Of a stretch of 64,000 nucleotides of DNA, positions 63,225 through 64,000 are shown one piece after another. The notes below the pieces were generated by a model. That model did no database searches. It was not told the origin of the DNA and saw only the letters and a program-made list of their open reading frames with translations. Source of the DNA: Trichosphaerium sp. ATCC 40318 (Eukaryota; Protista; Tubulinea); the NCBI GenBank assembly GCA_038496445.1, contig JALMLS010000361.1, positions 1 to 64,000 on the forward strand, in the 5' to 3' direction. Numbering within the stretch: the stretch's first letter is position 1; each line of letters opens with the position of its first letter. Made by a program: the position numbers and the translations under genes.

Positions 63225-63728
63225 CAGTTGTGTATTGTAAAATGAAAGTGTAATTAAGTTTTTTAATCCTGACCGGATTTTCAAACGAGAAAAAAAAAAA
63301 TTATGAAAGTCTTTATCCTTTTCTGACCTGCGGCTTGAATTGGTTTTTTTTTTAGTTCGTTTTGGAGAAATAACTTCAAAAGTTCTCAGCAATGGCATTT
63401 TTACTTACTTCCTGTTACGCGTTTTTATTATTGTGTGCGTATGCCATTGTGTAATATAACAGTGATACCGCGTCATTGTAATTAATATGAAACGTGCTTT
63501 TGAGATATTTAGGTTTTTTTTTTAATAAGTGTACTTGATACAAGGGATAACCAGTAAGACAAAAAAATTGATACACAAGCCTAACGCGAGTTGTTTTGGA
63601 AACATTTCGATTTTTTGTTTGGCATGTAATAAATGAAATTAGCCTACAGGTGAGTTAGATAAACTGTATGTCATGTTTTAAACAATGCTAACTACTTTTC
63701 CTAAAATTTCGAGGTTTGTAACGTGCCT

Positions 63729-63908
63729 TTAAGCTGCTCCAGCTCTTCTGCGAGCGCAATAACCAAGAACGGCGAGGATACCGACAACGCCAATCACCAA
63801 AAAGAGTACCAAAGCGATCCCGTCACCAGCATCAAAAGCAGCGGCTGCTTCTACACCAACAGAGAAATAGGCCAATAGAAGGGTTACAACGACTTGAAAG
63901 AGGTTCAT
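63729..63908 (-). CDS. SMIM30: SMIM30-like 59-aa membrane microprotein (missed by ORF track)
   Basis: MNLFQVVVTLLLAYFSVGVEAAAAFDAGDGIALVLFLVIGVVGILAVLGYCARRRAGAA. It matches the SMIM30 pattern AGD.IAL..G..A.LG.YARKR as recalled. Confidence 0.8.
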   Translation of the reverse strand: MNLFQVVVTLLLAYFSVGVEAAAAFDAGDGIALVLFLVIGVVGILAVLGYCARRRAGAA

Positions 63909-64000
63909 TGTGAGTGTCTGTGTCTGTTGTTGTTGTTTTTATGAAGTTTCAGTCGAAAAAGTTCTGTTTCCCAAAAACTTAGCATCAGACTTATTATTTT

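Noticed and set aside
1-64000. Alternative genetic code, CRISPR arrays, tRNA or rRNA genes, prokaryotic operons
   Set aside because: Short ORFs are explained by introns, and TAA, TAG and TGA all end conserved genes. No repeat-spacer array, cloverleaf or rRNA motif was seen.

Overview
Compact, AT-rich eukaryotic (protist, probably amoebozoan-like) genomic DNA. It holds about 30 genes split by many short (~40-80 nt) spliceosomal introns, so the ORF track mostly shows exon fragments and antisense shadows. Gene models below were spliced by eye. Genes include a pogo/Fot-type DD35D transposon, a PAP2/IPC-synthase-like enzyme, a metallophosphoesterase, BAR-RhoGAP, La, a PL14 lyase, TBC RabGAP, PqaA/AprA-like, C2, Lon, PARP6/8-like, two DSP phosphatases, a CCR4/Angel-type EEP protein, an SGNH hydrolase, PlsC, BRCT-RRM, F-box/LRR, a RhoGAP-like/Rubicon-homology protein and a SMIM30-like microprotein. 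Most notable: (1) the palindrome CACGTG is strongly iterated, and at least seven GC-AG introns all begin GCACGT; (2) a Lon homologue has intact ATPase motifs but both catalytic dyad residues replaced; (3) a protein carries an MLKL/Cbl-like four-helix bundle plus EF-hand; (4) a 207-bp structured insertion flanked by a 9-bp direct repeat sits inside an intron; (5) further likely pseudoenzymes and bacterial-like genes now carrying introns. Family assignments are from motif recognition, not database searches.
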